A stretch of DNA of 27,906 nt from Promethearchaeota archaeon (GTDB lineage Archaea > Asgardarchaeota > Lokiarchaeia > Sigyniarchaeales > SOKP01). The stretch spans positions 1 to 27,906 of the forward strand of contig JABXKD010000049.1 in the NCBI GenBank assembly GCA_013375475.1, written 5' to 3'. Under the pieces are notes generated by a model. That model was not told the DNA's origin, did no database searches, and saw only the letters and a program-made list of their open reading frames with translations. Below are positions 15,926-25,294 of this stretch, one piece after another. Within the stretch, counting starts at the first letter, position 1. Each line of letters opens with the position of its first letter. The translations under genes were made by a program, and so were the position numbers.

Positions 15926-15970
15926 TCAACGAAGAATTAATTTAGATTTTTTTTAAAAAGTATTACCAAA

Positions 15971-15988
15971 CGAAAGAAAATTTATAAT
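15971..15988 (+). promoter_or_regulatory. Putative BRE/TATA promoter of the MFS gene
   Basis: cgaaagaaaa-TTTATAAT ending ~57 bp before ATG 16046. Confidence 0.5.
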
Positions 15989-16045
15989 TGGAAATAATCA
16001 AAATTGAAAATATAAAAAAAACGAAAAGAAAGATGTGAAAACGAA

Positions 16046-17344
16046 ATGGAAGAACTAGCAAATAATCAGACATTTAAACGCTACATATTTTTGTGGTCGG
16101 CGCAGTTATTTTCGATAATGGGATCAGCCGTAGTTAATTTTGCTATTACATGGTGGATTACTGTTCTGACTGGCAGTGCTACTCTATTATCAATTAGCGT
16201 TTTTATTTATGTCCTCCCAATGGCGTTTTTGACGCCTGTAGCGGGAGTACTTGCTGACAGGTGGAGCAGAAAGAAATTAGTTGCGATAGCAGATTCATTA
16301 CAAGCTTTAACCACGGTATGGGTTATTATACTATTCGCTTTTGGAGTTGCAGATCCCCTAGCAGTCATGTTAATTACAGGTCTACGGGGTATTTGCCAGG
16401 CGTTCCATGTTCCCACGATAAACGCAATAACGCCTACGATGGTTCCAAAGGATAAGATAAGTCGAATGAATGGTTTTAATTACCTTTTTTCGAGTTTAAT
16501 CAGTATCGTCGGTCCTGTTCTAGGAGCGTTGTTGTACGAATTGTTTCAAGGCGATATCTCTTTGATACTTTGGATAGATATAATTACATTTATTATAGCT
16601 TTCATACCGCTTTTGTTCACAAAAATTCCTGAAGTGGAAAGATCACCTATTGAAGAGAAGAAAGATTCTTTTCTGTTTGAATTCAAGACGGGTATAAAAA
16701 CGATAAGACTAATCCCAGGCCTTTTGACACTACTGTTACTTTCAATGTTGCTGAACTTTTTACTCATGCCTTTTAATGTTCTACTGCCTTATTATGTGGA
16801 AGTTATTCACGATGGTTCAGCTGCAGATTTTGCGTTCATAATGGTATTTTTTCAAATTGGTATGGTATTAGGAGCGTTATTGACTAGTGTAAAAAAGGAG
16901 TGGAAACGAAAGGTTTTCACCTACTTTGGTTCATTGATGGTGATATGTGTGATGCTATCGGGATATACATTTGCACCGAATGGGTCATTCCTTTTCTTAG
17001 CGATTGGGAACTTTGTAGTAGGATTCTTGTTACCCATTGGAAACACGATCTACATGACCATTATACAAACAACCGTTCCCAACGATAAAATGGGAAGAGT
17101 AATTTCCATCGATCAATCAATATCGTCACTGATAGCTCCGTTTGGTGCATTGATTTCAGGGCCATTAGCGGATGTGATCGGAGCTAGAATTGTATTTTTC
17201 CTAAGCTCGATAATAGGAATTCTTGCAACCTCTTATACATGGAGTAGATTGAAAGCGAGAAAAGTAAATTACAACGATAAGGCTGCTCTTATTGAAGTTG
17301 CTGAAAAAATAAACAATGTTAATGGAAATTACAGTGAAAATTAA
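16046..17344 (+). CDS. MFS transporter, DHA3/MefA-like efflux family
   Basis: ~12 TM segments; LWSAQLFSIMGS, motif A GVLADRWSRKK, PTMVPKDKISRMNG, QTTVP...GRV. Confidence 0.92.
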   Translation: MEELANNQTFKRYIFLWSAQLFSIMGSAVVNFAITWWITVLTGSATLLSISVFIYVLPMAFLTPVAGVLADRWSRKKLVAIADSLQALTTVWVIILFAFGVADPLAVMLITGLRGICQAFHVPTINAITPTMVPKDKISRMNGFNYLFSSLISIVGPVLGALLYELFQGDISLILWIDIITFIIAFIPLLFTKIPEVERSPIEEKKDSFLFEFKTGIKTIRLIPGLLTLLLLSMLLNFLLMPFNVLLPYYVEVIHDGSAADFAFIMVFFQIGMVLGALLTSVKKEWKRKVFTYFGSLMVICVMLSGYTFAPNGSFLFLAIGNFVVGFLLPIGNTIYMTIIQTTVPNDKMGRVISIDQSISSLIAPFGALISGPLADVIGARIVFFLSSIIGILATSYTWSRLKARKVNYNDKAALIEVAEKINNVNGNYSEN

Positions 17345-17380
17345 ATTTTTTTAAATTTTTTTAAATTTCTTTTTTTTTAA
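17341..17380 (+). terminator. T-rich terminator region between convergent genes
   Basis: (ttaaattttt)x~3 followed by a T9 run. Confidence 0.5.
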
Positions 17381-17406
17381 AAAGTAGAAAGAATAGAACT
17401 ATTAAT

Positions 17407-19392
17407 TTAAACATTAATCTTTTTTCTCCAAAAGGTAATCTTTTTGCGAATATCTTCAATTTCCATTGAAGACAATAAATCAGGAACCGATCTGAGAGTA
17501 GCAATAGTTATACTCATAGGATTTAATATAGAAGCATATCCAATATCTTCCGTTATTCTTGCCTTTAGGTATTCTAAGTCGTCTGAAATTTCAGAGCTTA
17601 GCTTTTTATCTAAATTATTAAGTACAGCATCAAATAATTCTGAAACAGAACCCTCCATCTCTGCTGTTGGACCCGGTGTGGCTGTAGGTTTTGGTATTTC
17701 AACAGGAGGTTGTGTTGGAAATTCTGGTTGAATTGGAACACTAGGTTTTTGTTCAAAAGATTCGGGCTGAATTTTAGGTTTATGTTCGAAAGATTCGGGT
17801 TGAATTATAGGTTTTCGTTCGAAAGATTCGGGCTGACGAGTTGCTGGCATTTGAAATGTAGATTGCTGAATGGGTTGTTGAGGCGATGTTATTCCAGGAG
17901 ACACTCCGATTGAGTATCGTATTTCGTCGTCGCTAATTTTCTTGCTTTGAATCCACACATCTTCTATTAAGGGGGCAAAAAGTTTGACATGTTCGGAAAG
18001 AACGGACCCCATCCCAGCGATCTCAATACCTCCAAATTCTGATTTTGAGGCAGCGCATATTACTGTTTCTTCAAAATCTCTATTTAATGAATATAGATTT
18101 TCTTTATTGTATAGTCGTACTTGAACATTAGGATACTTCAATATTTCAGCTAACTTTGCCTGATCTTTAGGATTATTCGAATCGAAATTAGTTGAAATTC
18201 TAACATTCACGAATTTTTTAACCTTAGAAACAGCTACTATATCAACATCCTCTAATTTTGGTGCGATTATAATAAATTTTGCTTTAACCCTAGTAAGTGC
18301 TTCGTTGATCTGCGCTTTCATACCCTCAATGCTTCTTACAAACCATACATCCTTAAAACTCAGCATCGATGCCTCTTTTGAGCGCTCCCAGAACTCGGTC
18401 ATGGTTTTTTCAGATAAATCGAGTTGTAATAAGATATTCGTCATTATATCTGTTTCAAGCGTTTTATATATCTCTCTTTGAAACATACTTTTTAATTCTT
18501 CAATTCCTTTATCGACATCTTCGTATACTGTTGCAATTCTGCCATCTAGATCTTCCATGGTTTCTTCCAAACCCGAAACAATATCATCTAAAAATTTACT
18601 GAGATCTACACTCATTTCACCCGCTACATCGGAGATTGACGCTAGTTGTTCAGTAACTTGATCTAAGGTTCCATGGATAGATTTGACGAATTTTTCTCGA
18701 AAGTAATCAGTAAGGTCACTAAATTGTTCTGTAATAATTTTGGAAACAATTTTTTCAGCCATATTTTTTAACGCGCCAATGCGAAATTGCTTTTCAAAAG
18801 CAATTGAAATCTCTGATTTGATCTTTTCTAATCGTGTTTCAACTACATCAAATTCTTTTATTACCTCATCAGGCGCGATTTCTCTCAAATTAAGGATGAA
18901 TGCTCTTATTTCTTGAAATCTCTTTACATTTTCAAGCTCTTTTTCCACTTTACTAAACTGGGCTTTTACTTGCGCTGGCAGGTTAGTTTTCATGACATTG
19001 ATATAATTTCTGTATTCGTTAAATTTGCCTAATTTTGCTGAATGCTCTTCAATTTCCTTAAATTTTAATTGTAAAGCTTTTGGGGTAGATTCTTGAATTT
19101 TTTTTACTATTTCTTTAAAATTTTGTATTTGATTCAGCAAAGCAGAATATGGTGGTAAAGCGATATAAAATGGATTTGCTCCAGGAATTTCACGAACTAA
19201 ACCTTTTTCAAGTAAGTTTTTAGCAACCACAACTGCCCTTTCTTCAGGAATATTAATAAGAAGTGCAATTTCACCTGCCATTACTGGACCTCTTCCTGTT
19301 AGTTGAAAATATGTATCAATTTCGTCTTGAGCCAATCCAATTAACTCAAGAACCTCCTTAGTTGATTCAAATTCCTTGTTTTTCTCAGCCAA
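17407..19392 (-). CDS. TrmB-like winged-helix / long coiled-coil / PLD-fold protein with Pro-Gln linker and C-terminal helical domain
   Basis: IGLAQDEIDTYFQL..RGP.MAGEIA...LLEKGLVREIPG...YIALPP wHTH; ~270 aa helical region; VWFVRSIEGMKAQI...IIAP...VRIST...RDFEE PLD-like fold; TTG start. Confidence 0.75.
   Translation of the reverse strand: MAEKNKEFESTKEVLELIGLAQDEIDTYFQLTGRGPVMAGEIALLINIPEERAVVVAKNLLEKGLVREIPGANPFYIALPPYSALLNQIQNFKEIVKKIQESTPKALQLKFKEIEEHSAKLGKFNEYRNYINVMKTNLPAQVKAQFSKVEKELENVKRFQEIRAFILNLREIAPDEVIKEFDVVETRLEKIKSEISIAFEKQFRIGALKNMAEKIVSKIITEQFSDLTDYFREKFVKSIHGTLDQVTEQLASISDVAGEMSVDLSKFLDDIVSGLEETMEDLDGRIATVYEDVDKGIEELKSMFQREIYKTLETDIMTNILLQLDLSEKTMTEFWERSKEASMLSFKDVWFVRSIEGMKAQINEALTRVKAKFIIIAPKLEDVDIVAVSKVKKFVNVRISTNFDSNNPKDQAKLAEILKYPNVQVRLYNKENLYSLNRDFEETVICAASKSEFGGIEIAGMGSVLSEHVKLFAPLIEDVWIQSKKISDDEIRYSIGVSPGITSPQQPIQQSTFQMPATRQPESFERKPIIQPESFEHKPKIQPESFEQKPSVPIQPEFPTQPPVEIPKPTATPGPTAEMEGSVSELFDAVLNNLDKKLSSEISDDLEYLKARITEDIGYASILNPMSITIATLRSVPDLLSSMEIEDIRKKITFWRKKINV
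17742..17836 (-). repeat. In-frame 33 bp tandem repeat x3 (QPESFExKPxx)
   Basis: Units begin at 17742, 17775 and 17808. Confidence 0.9.
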
Positions 19393-19413
19393 TTCTAACC
19401 ATCACTTTTATAT

Positions 19414-20550
19414 TTATTTCTTATAGGAGCTTTCAAGAAGTTCTAAGTGTTTAACCGCAGATTCTTTATTTAAAATATTTTCAGACACAGATTTTCTTAT
19501 ATTTTCAATTAGGTACTCTGGGTAGAATTTAAGAGATATAATATCAGTTAATAAAAATATCCATTCTGTATCACTTTCGTCCTTTATAATCTTAACGATA
19601 TGATCAGCTTCTAAAGTAGCTAAAAAACTCCTAATTTGTTCAAAATTTTGTCCTGGCCCTCTTGGTACTTTATTTATGGGATAGGATCTTTCTCTGAAAA
19701 GAACAATATAATCGAATATATCTGGATTTATCATGTGAGAGGCTATTTTTAAATTATCTGTTTTTGAGGGTTTATAGTATGAGAAATAACCCATAGCTAA
19801 TTCAAGGTATTTCTTGGCCACATATGGATTTGGTAGCCCTTTTTTTGCTTCCTCTATTAACTTACTTACTGGACTTCTAAGAATAATGAAATCTGAAAGC
19901 AAGAATAGAGAAATGTCTGAATCACCCTCAATCCAATCTTGTCTAACCAGATCTGTCTTAACAAAATGGCTTAACAAGATATCAATATTAGGGATGAATT
20001 TTCCTGTCTTCTCCTCTAGTAGGCTATGTAAATCTTTTTTAGTGTATGGTCTTTCTTGTAATATTTCTAATATCATTCTTCCTTTTTCGCTATTATATAT
20101 TTGTGCCATTACTTGCTCTTTCGTTAAATTCTTTAAGCGCTCTAAGTACGTAAGAGAATTTTTTAAGTATTCTGTCAATTCACTCGTGATATCTAGTCGA
20201 TTTGCGGGATTTTGTTCCATACTTTTAAGGTAAAATATAATATTTTGATTGATATCTGAAAGTACAGCCTCTCCGAAAATTTCTGGATCTTCACCTAATT
20301 CCATGATGAAATTAATCATAAATTGATTTTCAGATTCCATTCCCGTAAAGTAGCTGGAAACATTTGAACGTGCTTTTTCTAATCGTACCAATACATTTCC
20401 GGCTTCTCCAGCACCCGTGATGTGAGCGTAAAAAATTCTCATCATGTCATCAAGATCTACAACTAAATCCCCAGGATAACTCAATTGAACTCCAAGGCCT
20501 TGATCTTCTGTCCAGTTAGTAATAACATACCCTTTTGTCATAATTTTCAC
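19414..20550 (-). CDS. Asgard-type protein with predicted N-terminal longin/uDENN-like domain and C-terminal winged helices
   Basis: GYVITNWTEDQG..VQLSYP beta-beta-alpha-beta-beta-beta-alpha pattern; ILEILQERPYTKKDL...FVKTDLVRQ and a second wHTH-like segment. Start may be ATG 20541. Domain call is by eye. Confidence 0.65.
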   Translation of the reverse strand: MKIMTKGYVITNWTEDQGLGVQLSYPGDLVVDLDDMMRIFYAHITGAGEAGNVLVRLEKARSNVSSYFTGMESENQFMINFIMELGEDPEIFGEAVLSDINQNIIFYLKSMEQNPANRLDITSELTEYLKNSLTYLERLKNLTKEQVMAQIYNSEKGRMILEILQERPYTKKDLHSLLEEKTGKFIPNIDILLSHFVKTDLVRQDWIEGDSDISLFLLSDFIILRSPVSKLIEEAKKGLPNPYVAKKYLELAMGYFSYYKPSKTDNLKIASHMINPDIFDYIVLFRERSYPINKVPRGPGQNFEQIRSFLATLEADHIVKIIKDESDTEWIFLLTDIISLKFYPEYLIENIRKSVSENILNKESAVKHLELLESSYKK

Positions 20551-20575
20551 ATTTTATAGTATTAATTTTTAGATT

Positions 20576-23500
20576 TTATTTTTCTTTTATTCCATTTTCG
20601 GTTTTTTTTTCATATTGAATAGTTTCGACATTACTTTCGAACTGTTCTTTAACTAAATCTTCTCGAGATGCAATGTCTTTTATTGGTTTTGTCTTTTTAC
20701 CTTTTTTAATCTTCTTTCTTAGTTTTCTCGATTTTCTTACTATAGCAGGATATTTAAAGCGAACTTCATACAAGGTAAAAGCAACGACCAAAGCACCAAA
20801 TACTCCAGCTATTAGAATAACTAGCATAGTGAAATCAGGTGGTGTAACTGATACAACATTTAATGTAATTTTATAAATCTCAAAATTGTATTCATCTCCC
20901 GCGGAAGCAGTAATGGTTATTGTATAAGTCCCTGTTGGTATATTCTCTAATTCATCTTCGTAAGTACCATCATCTTCTGGATCTAATAGAGTACCTTGAC
21001 CATACGCCCATCTATAGGTTACATTGGCATTAGTAATTGGTCCTCCAAAATCAAAATCAGTTAATTCTAGTGATAATAGAAAATGGTCACTAGGTTTGAT
21101 GTTGAAGTAGGAATTTCCAGAAGTAGTGCTAATTATCGTAGCTATTTTATTTAAAGTAATCCTTAGGCTTAAAGATTTAACTTGGAAGTTGTTAGCGTGA
21201 GCGATAATCGTGAATAAATTCACTCCAACTTTTAAGTTAGTTGTATCTAATAATAATGTGTATTGGTTCATAGCTATAATTTCAGGGAGAATATCAGAAT
21301 AAGCCCCACCTATTAATTGAATAATGCCTCCACTAATATGAGTTTTAGTCTGGTTATCTGAATATTTAACTGTAATATTTAAAATACTACTAAAAGGAAG
21401 TTCATATACGGGATCGATCGTTTTTTCTTCCGAATTTAAAAATAATGATATTTCAGAAGCTCTTTCAGATACTTTAACATAAAATTGAAAAGATCGGGGT
21501 TGGTAATTTTCTAAATACGCTAAAACCGATAGTATTGTAATTCCTTGTTTTAAATCATTAGTATTTAATAAGTAATAGTATTGACCACCAATATCACTAA
21601 AATAGTGGGTAACATTACCCGCTCCTAAGAGAGATATTGTCGCTCCGCTTAAATGTTGTATTGTTATATTATCTTGATAAAAGACTGTTAAGTTTAAGAA
21701 TTGATTTACTTCAACACTCAAAGTATCTGTTTCATTTATTTGAGTGCCTTCGTATAATAATCGAAAATCACTGGATCGTTCAATTACTTTAACATAAAAT
21801 TGAACACTTAGCGTTAAATAATTAGTATAATGAGCGTTTATTGTAAGGACTGTTATTCCCTGTTCTAAATCATTTGTATTAATGGTAAAATTATATTGAG
21901 CCCCAATTTCACTAAAATTACCCCATCCAATTAATTCTACATTTGCGTTATTCAAAAACTGCTTTGTTGAGTTGGTTCGATAAAAAAATGTGATATTTAT
22001 AAACTCGTTTACTTCCACTTCTAATGTATATTTATCATCTCGTGTATAATCATTTAAAACCAGCTCCAATTCTGTGGGAATTTCGTATACATCTACATAT
22101 ATCTGGATAATTTGGGATTGGAAATCATCTAATTGAGCTGTAATTGTTATGACATTAAATCCTAATCCAATATCACTTGAGTTTAGATTGTAATAGTATT
22201 GAGTTCCAATATCGTTGAAATTTCCTATTCCTATAAAAGTTATGTTAGCTCCGCTTAAATGTGTTTTTGATAAATTATCTTGATAAAAGATAGTTAAATT
22301 TAATAACTGATTGAATTCAACTTGGATTGTGTCTTTCTCAACCTTCTCTTCATCTTCCACATATAATTTCAATTCCGTTGCTTTCTCTACTACTTCAATA
22401 AAAATTTGTATATTTTGGAATTGGTAATTATTTAGTTGAGCAGAAATTGTTATAGCATTAAATCCTAGTCCTAGATCGCTCGTGTTTAAACTATAATAAT
22501 ATTGAGTTGCTAATTCGGTGAAGGGCCCCAAACCAATGAAATCTACAATAGCTCCACTTAAGTGTAATTTGGTTAAATTATCTTGATAGAAGACGGTTAC
22601 GTTTAATAATTGATTAATATTTACTCGAATTGTATCTTTCTCAACCTTCTCGTCACCCTCAACATGTAGTTTTAATTCTGTTGCCCTTTCAACTACTTCG
22701 AAATAAATTTGGATCGTTTGAGATTGATAAGTACTAAATTGTGCTTCTATAGTGACTATTGTTATTCCTTGATCTAAATCATTCGTGTTTAAATTATAAT
22801 AATACTGAGATCCGGTTTCAGTAAAATTATCCCAACCCAATGATACAGTTGCTCCTGAGATGTGTAATTTAGTTACATTATCGCTGTAAAACACGGTAAG
22901 ATTAATAAATTGATTAACTTCAACTTTTATTGTCTCAAGTGCGATTGTCGGTGTATCATCTACTAATAATAGTAGTTCAGACGCAATGTCGTAAACTTCG
23001 ACATATATTTGAATACTTTGAGATTCGTAATTACCTATTTGAGCGATTATTGATAATACATTGAATCCTAAACTTAGATTATTTGAGTTTAAGGTATAGT
23101 TATATTGATTACCAATTTCACTGAAATTACCAACGGTTAGAAGGGTAACTTCTGCTCCATTAAGATGAGCTTTCGTTACATCATCTCGGTAAAACACAGT
23201 TAAATTTAAAATTTGATTTACTTCGATTTGAATAATATCATTATTTGCTTTTTGAGCGTCATTTACATATAATTCAAATTCGGTGGCTCTTTTAAAAACT
23301 TCAACATAGAGCTGAATCAATTGTGATGTATAATTTTCAGATTGGGCATTTATAGTTAACACATTAAAACCTAAGTTTAATGCATCTGAATTTATGGTGA
23401 TACTATATTGCTCATTAACCTCAGTTAAATCTCCAAAACTCGTTATTGTTACGTTAGCCCCACTTAGATGTTGACTAGTAAGATCGTCTCGGTAAAAAAC

Positions 23501-25294
23501 GGTAATATTCATAGGCTCATTATATTTTATATTCACTGTATTATTGACTGTTTTAATAATATCATTTACATATAATTGAAGATCGGTTGGTCGTTCAACT
23601 ACCTCAACAAAGAATGGAATTATTTGAGTCTTGTAATTTGATTTCTGAGCAGTCACAGTCATTGACCATATTCCTATTTCAAGATCAGTGCTATCTATGA
23701 CTGTTGAGTATTGCTCTAAAGGACCATTTTCAGTTAATTGGACTGATACTTTTCCACTAAGTTGAATGGTAGCACCTGAGATGTGGCTTCCAGTTTGATT
23801 ATCTAAATATTTTATCGTGATATTTACAGTATTTCCTAATGGGATTTGAATAAATGGATCTGAAGTTTTATTCGCAGTCTCTAAAAACAGTTGAGACTCA
23901 GTTCCGTAATCTTCAAATGATTCTACATAAGTAATATTTAGGTAGACATCGTCTATAGAGATGCTGATGTTGTTACTCAAACTGAAAGTATTTGCAATAA
24001 ATATCTGCAAGCAGACAGAAATATTTATATCCTTTAAGATCAAATTGGTTACATCAAATCCTCCTACTTTTGCCTCTTGCCATGAGGTGGTAGCAGAACT
24101 TAATCGAACTGTTTGTGGATGCTGGTTATTGTTGATTATAATTCTAATTTCTGAGAAAGGAGATAAAGATGTAGGCCAACCTTGATCTATGGTATAATTA
24201 AATTTCAGATTAGCAGCTGAAACATGAATATTACTTCCAGAAATCCTATTTCCAATCTGATTCCAAGATACTGAAGAAAATTTATCAACCTTTCTTTGAT
24301 ATGCAATTGTTAAATTGCACGATTTAATTATGAGTGCATCCCATTTATCTTTATCTCCAACATTCGAATTATCTTCACAATAAATATCAATACCTATTGT
24401 TATAGTAAAATCTGAATGGTTTGCATCTTTTTCTAGTGCTAAATTCAATGCGGTAATTAAATCTTCTTCACTAACAGTTTCTAGAAGTCTATCAGTAATA
24501 GTTAATATTGAAGGGTAAGCTGCTGACGAATTCCACTGTCCTAAATACTTAGTTTTGTTTTCTGCAACTCGGAAAGAGTAAGTTCGCGCTAGATCTGAGA
24601 TTTCAACATAAAATGTTGCAGAATCACCAATTCCAAATCCAGGATAGGGTTGGGTGATTTCTGCTGGATTATGGACATCTAGTGGAGTATCAACGGTATA
24701 ATCAACTGATGCATTATAAATTACATCAAGAGAAGCAGAGGCAATCTCAAAATTAGACATATCATTTGGTAATGATACATTTTTTCGGAAGTGTGCACTG
24801 GGAAAGTTGTGTACTTGACCAGCTCCTCCGTCTTCATTCTCATCTAAGAAATGATATATATATAATCCCGTAGAATTAATATCCCGTCCATCAGGGAGCA
24901 GAAAATCACCATTATTATAGATACCCCATCCATACCAGCTGGATGAATTAGCTTCACCAGCCGTTAATGAGAAGCTTGAATCTTCTCCAACAACGATATA
25001 ATTAGCACTACCACCGCTAATGTTAGCATCTGTTGTGGAGTTATCTCCTTGAGCCCCCTTGTTATAAAACCATTCATCTTGAGTAGAAAATCCATTATTA
25101 TCAAGCCATTCCTGATTATATATCGTCTCACCAGAACTATGAATAAATTCTGATTGATTGGTTGGTTGTTCATAATCATAATTTAAAAAGTTAGGACTTA
25201 AAGGTATTAGAAAGAATGAAATTGCGATAACAAAAATTAAACAGAAAGCTCCTGCTCTTTTATTTCTATTCATTTTATCACCCTTTAGTATCAT
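20576..25294 (-). CDS. Giant cell-surface glycoprotein: signal/TM, N-terminal head, ~10 Ig-like beta-sandwich repeats, TM, basic cytoplasmic tail
   Basis: ~100 aa repeats (TELxLxV...NxTVFYxD...HLSGA...QYxYxLNxxDL..G..V.TI.AQ..NYQ); C-terminal TM then RFKYP. Alternative start ATG 25273 follows GGTGAT. Confidence 0.9.
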   Translation of the reverse strand: MILKGDKMNRNKRAGAFCLIFVIAISFFLIPLSPNFLNYDYEQPTNQSEFIHSSGETIYNQEWLDNNGFSTQDEWFYNKGAQGDNSTTDANISGGSANYIVVGEDSSFSLTAGEANSSSWYGWGIYNNGDFLLPDGRDINSTGLYIYHFLDENEDGGAGQVHNFPSAHFRKNVSLPNDMSNFEIASASLDVIYNASVDYTVDTPLDVHNPAEITQPYPGFGIGDSATFYVEISDLARTYSFRVAENKTKYLGQWNSSAAYPSILTITDRLLETVSEEDLITALNLALEKDANHSDFTITIGIDIYCEDNSNVGDKDKWDALIIKSCNLTIAYQRKVDKFSSVSWNQIGNRISGSNIHVSAANLKFNYTIDQGWPTSLSPFSEIRIIINNNQHPQTVRLSSATTSWQEAKVGGFDVTNLILKDINISVCLQIFIANTFSLSNNISISIDDVYLNITYVESFEDYGTESQLFLETANKTSDPFIQIPLGNTVNITIKYLDNQTGSHISGATIQLSGKVSVQLTENGPLEQYSTVIDSTDLEIGIWSMTVTAQKSNYKTQIIPFFVEVVERPTDLQLYVNDIIKTVNNTVNIKYNEPMNITVFYRDDLTSQHLSGANVTITSFGDLTEVNEQYSITINSDALNLGFNVLTINAQSENYTSQLIQLYVEVFKRATEFELYVNDAQKANNDIIQIEVNQILNLTVFYRDDVTKAHLNGAEVTLLTVGNFSEIGNQYNYTLNSNNLSLGFNVLSIIAQIGNYESQSIQIYVEVYDIASELLLLVDDTPTIALETIKVEVNQFINLTVFYSDNVTKLHISGATVSLGWDNFTETGSQYYYNLNTNDLDQGITIVTIEAQFSTYQSQTIQIYFEVVERATELKLHVEGDEKVEKDTIRVNINQLLNVTVFYQDNLTKLHLSGAIVDFIGLGPFTELATQYYYSLNTSDLGLGFNAITISAQLNNYQFQNIQIFIEVVEKATELKLYVEDEEKVEKDTIQVEFNQLLNLTIFYQDNLSKTHLSGANITFIGIGNFNDIGTQYYYNLNSSDIGLGFNVITITAQLDDFQSQIIQIYVDVYEIPTELELVLNDYTRDDKYTLEVEVNEFINITFFYRTNSTKQFLNNANVELIGWGNFSEIGAQYNFTINTNDLEQGITVLTINAHYTNYLTLSVQFYVKVIERSSDFRLLYEGTQINETDTLSVEVNQFLNLTVFYQDNITIQHLSGATISLLGAGNVTHYFSDIGGQYYYLLNTNDLKQGITILSVLAYLENYQPRSFQFYVKVSERASEISLFLNSEEKTIDPVYELPFSSILNITVKYSDNQTKTHISGGIIQLIGGAYSDILPEIIAMNQYTLLLDTTNLKVGVNLFTIIAHANNFQVKSLSLRITLNKIATIISTTSGNSYFNIKPSDHFLLSLELTDFDFGGPITNANVTYRWAYGQGTLLDPEDDGTYEDELENIPTGTYTITITASAGDEYNFEIYKITLNVVSVTPPDFTMLVILIAGVFGALVVAFTLYEVRFKYPAIVRKSRKLRKKIKKGKKTKPIKDIASREDLVKEQFESNVETIQYEKKTENGIKEK

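Noticed and set aside
17742-17836. CRISPR array
   Set aside because: The 33 bp units are contiguous and in frame, with no unique spacers and no cas genes.
2198-25179. Short antisense or alternate-frame ORFs in the track (e.g. 2198-2410, 3916-4224, 14339-14674, 15116-15637, 17444-17731, 19814-20233, 23961-24185)
   Set aside because: They lie essentially within well-supported genes and have shadow-ORF composition with no motifs.
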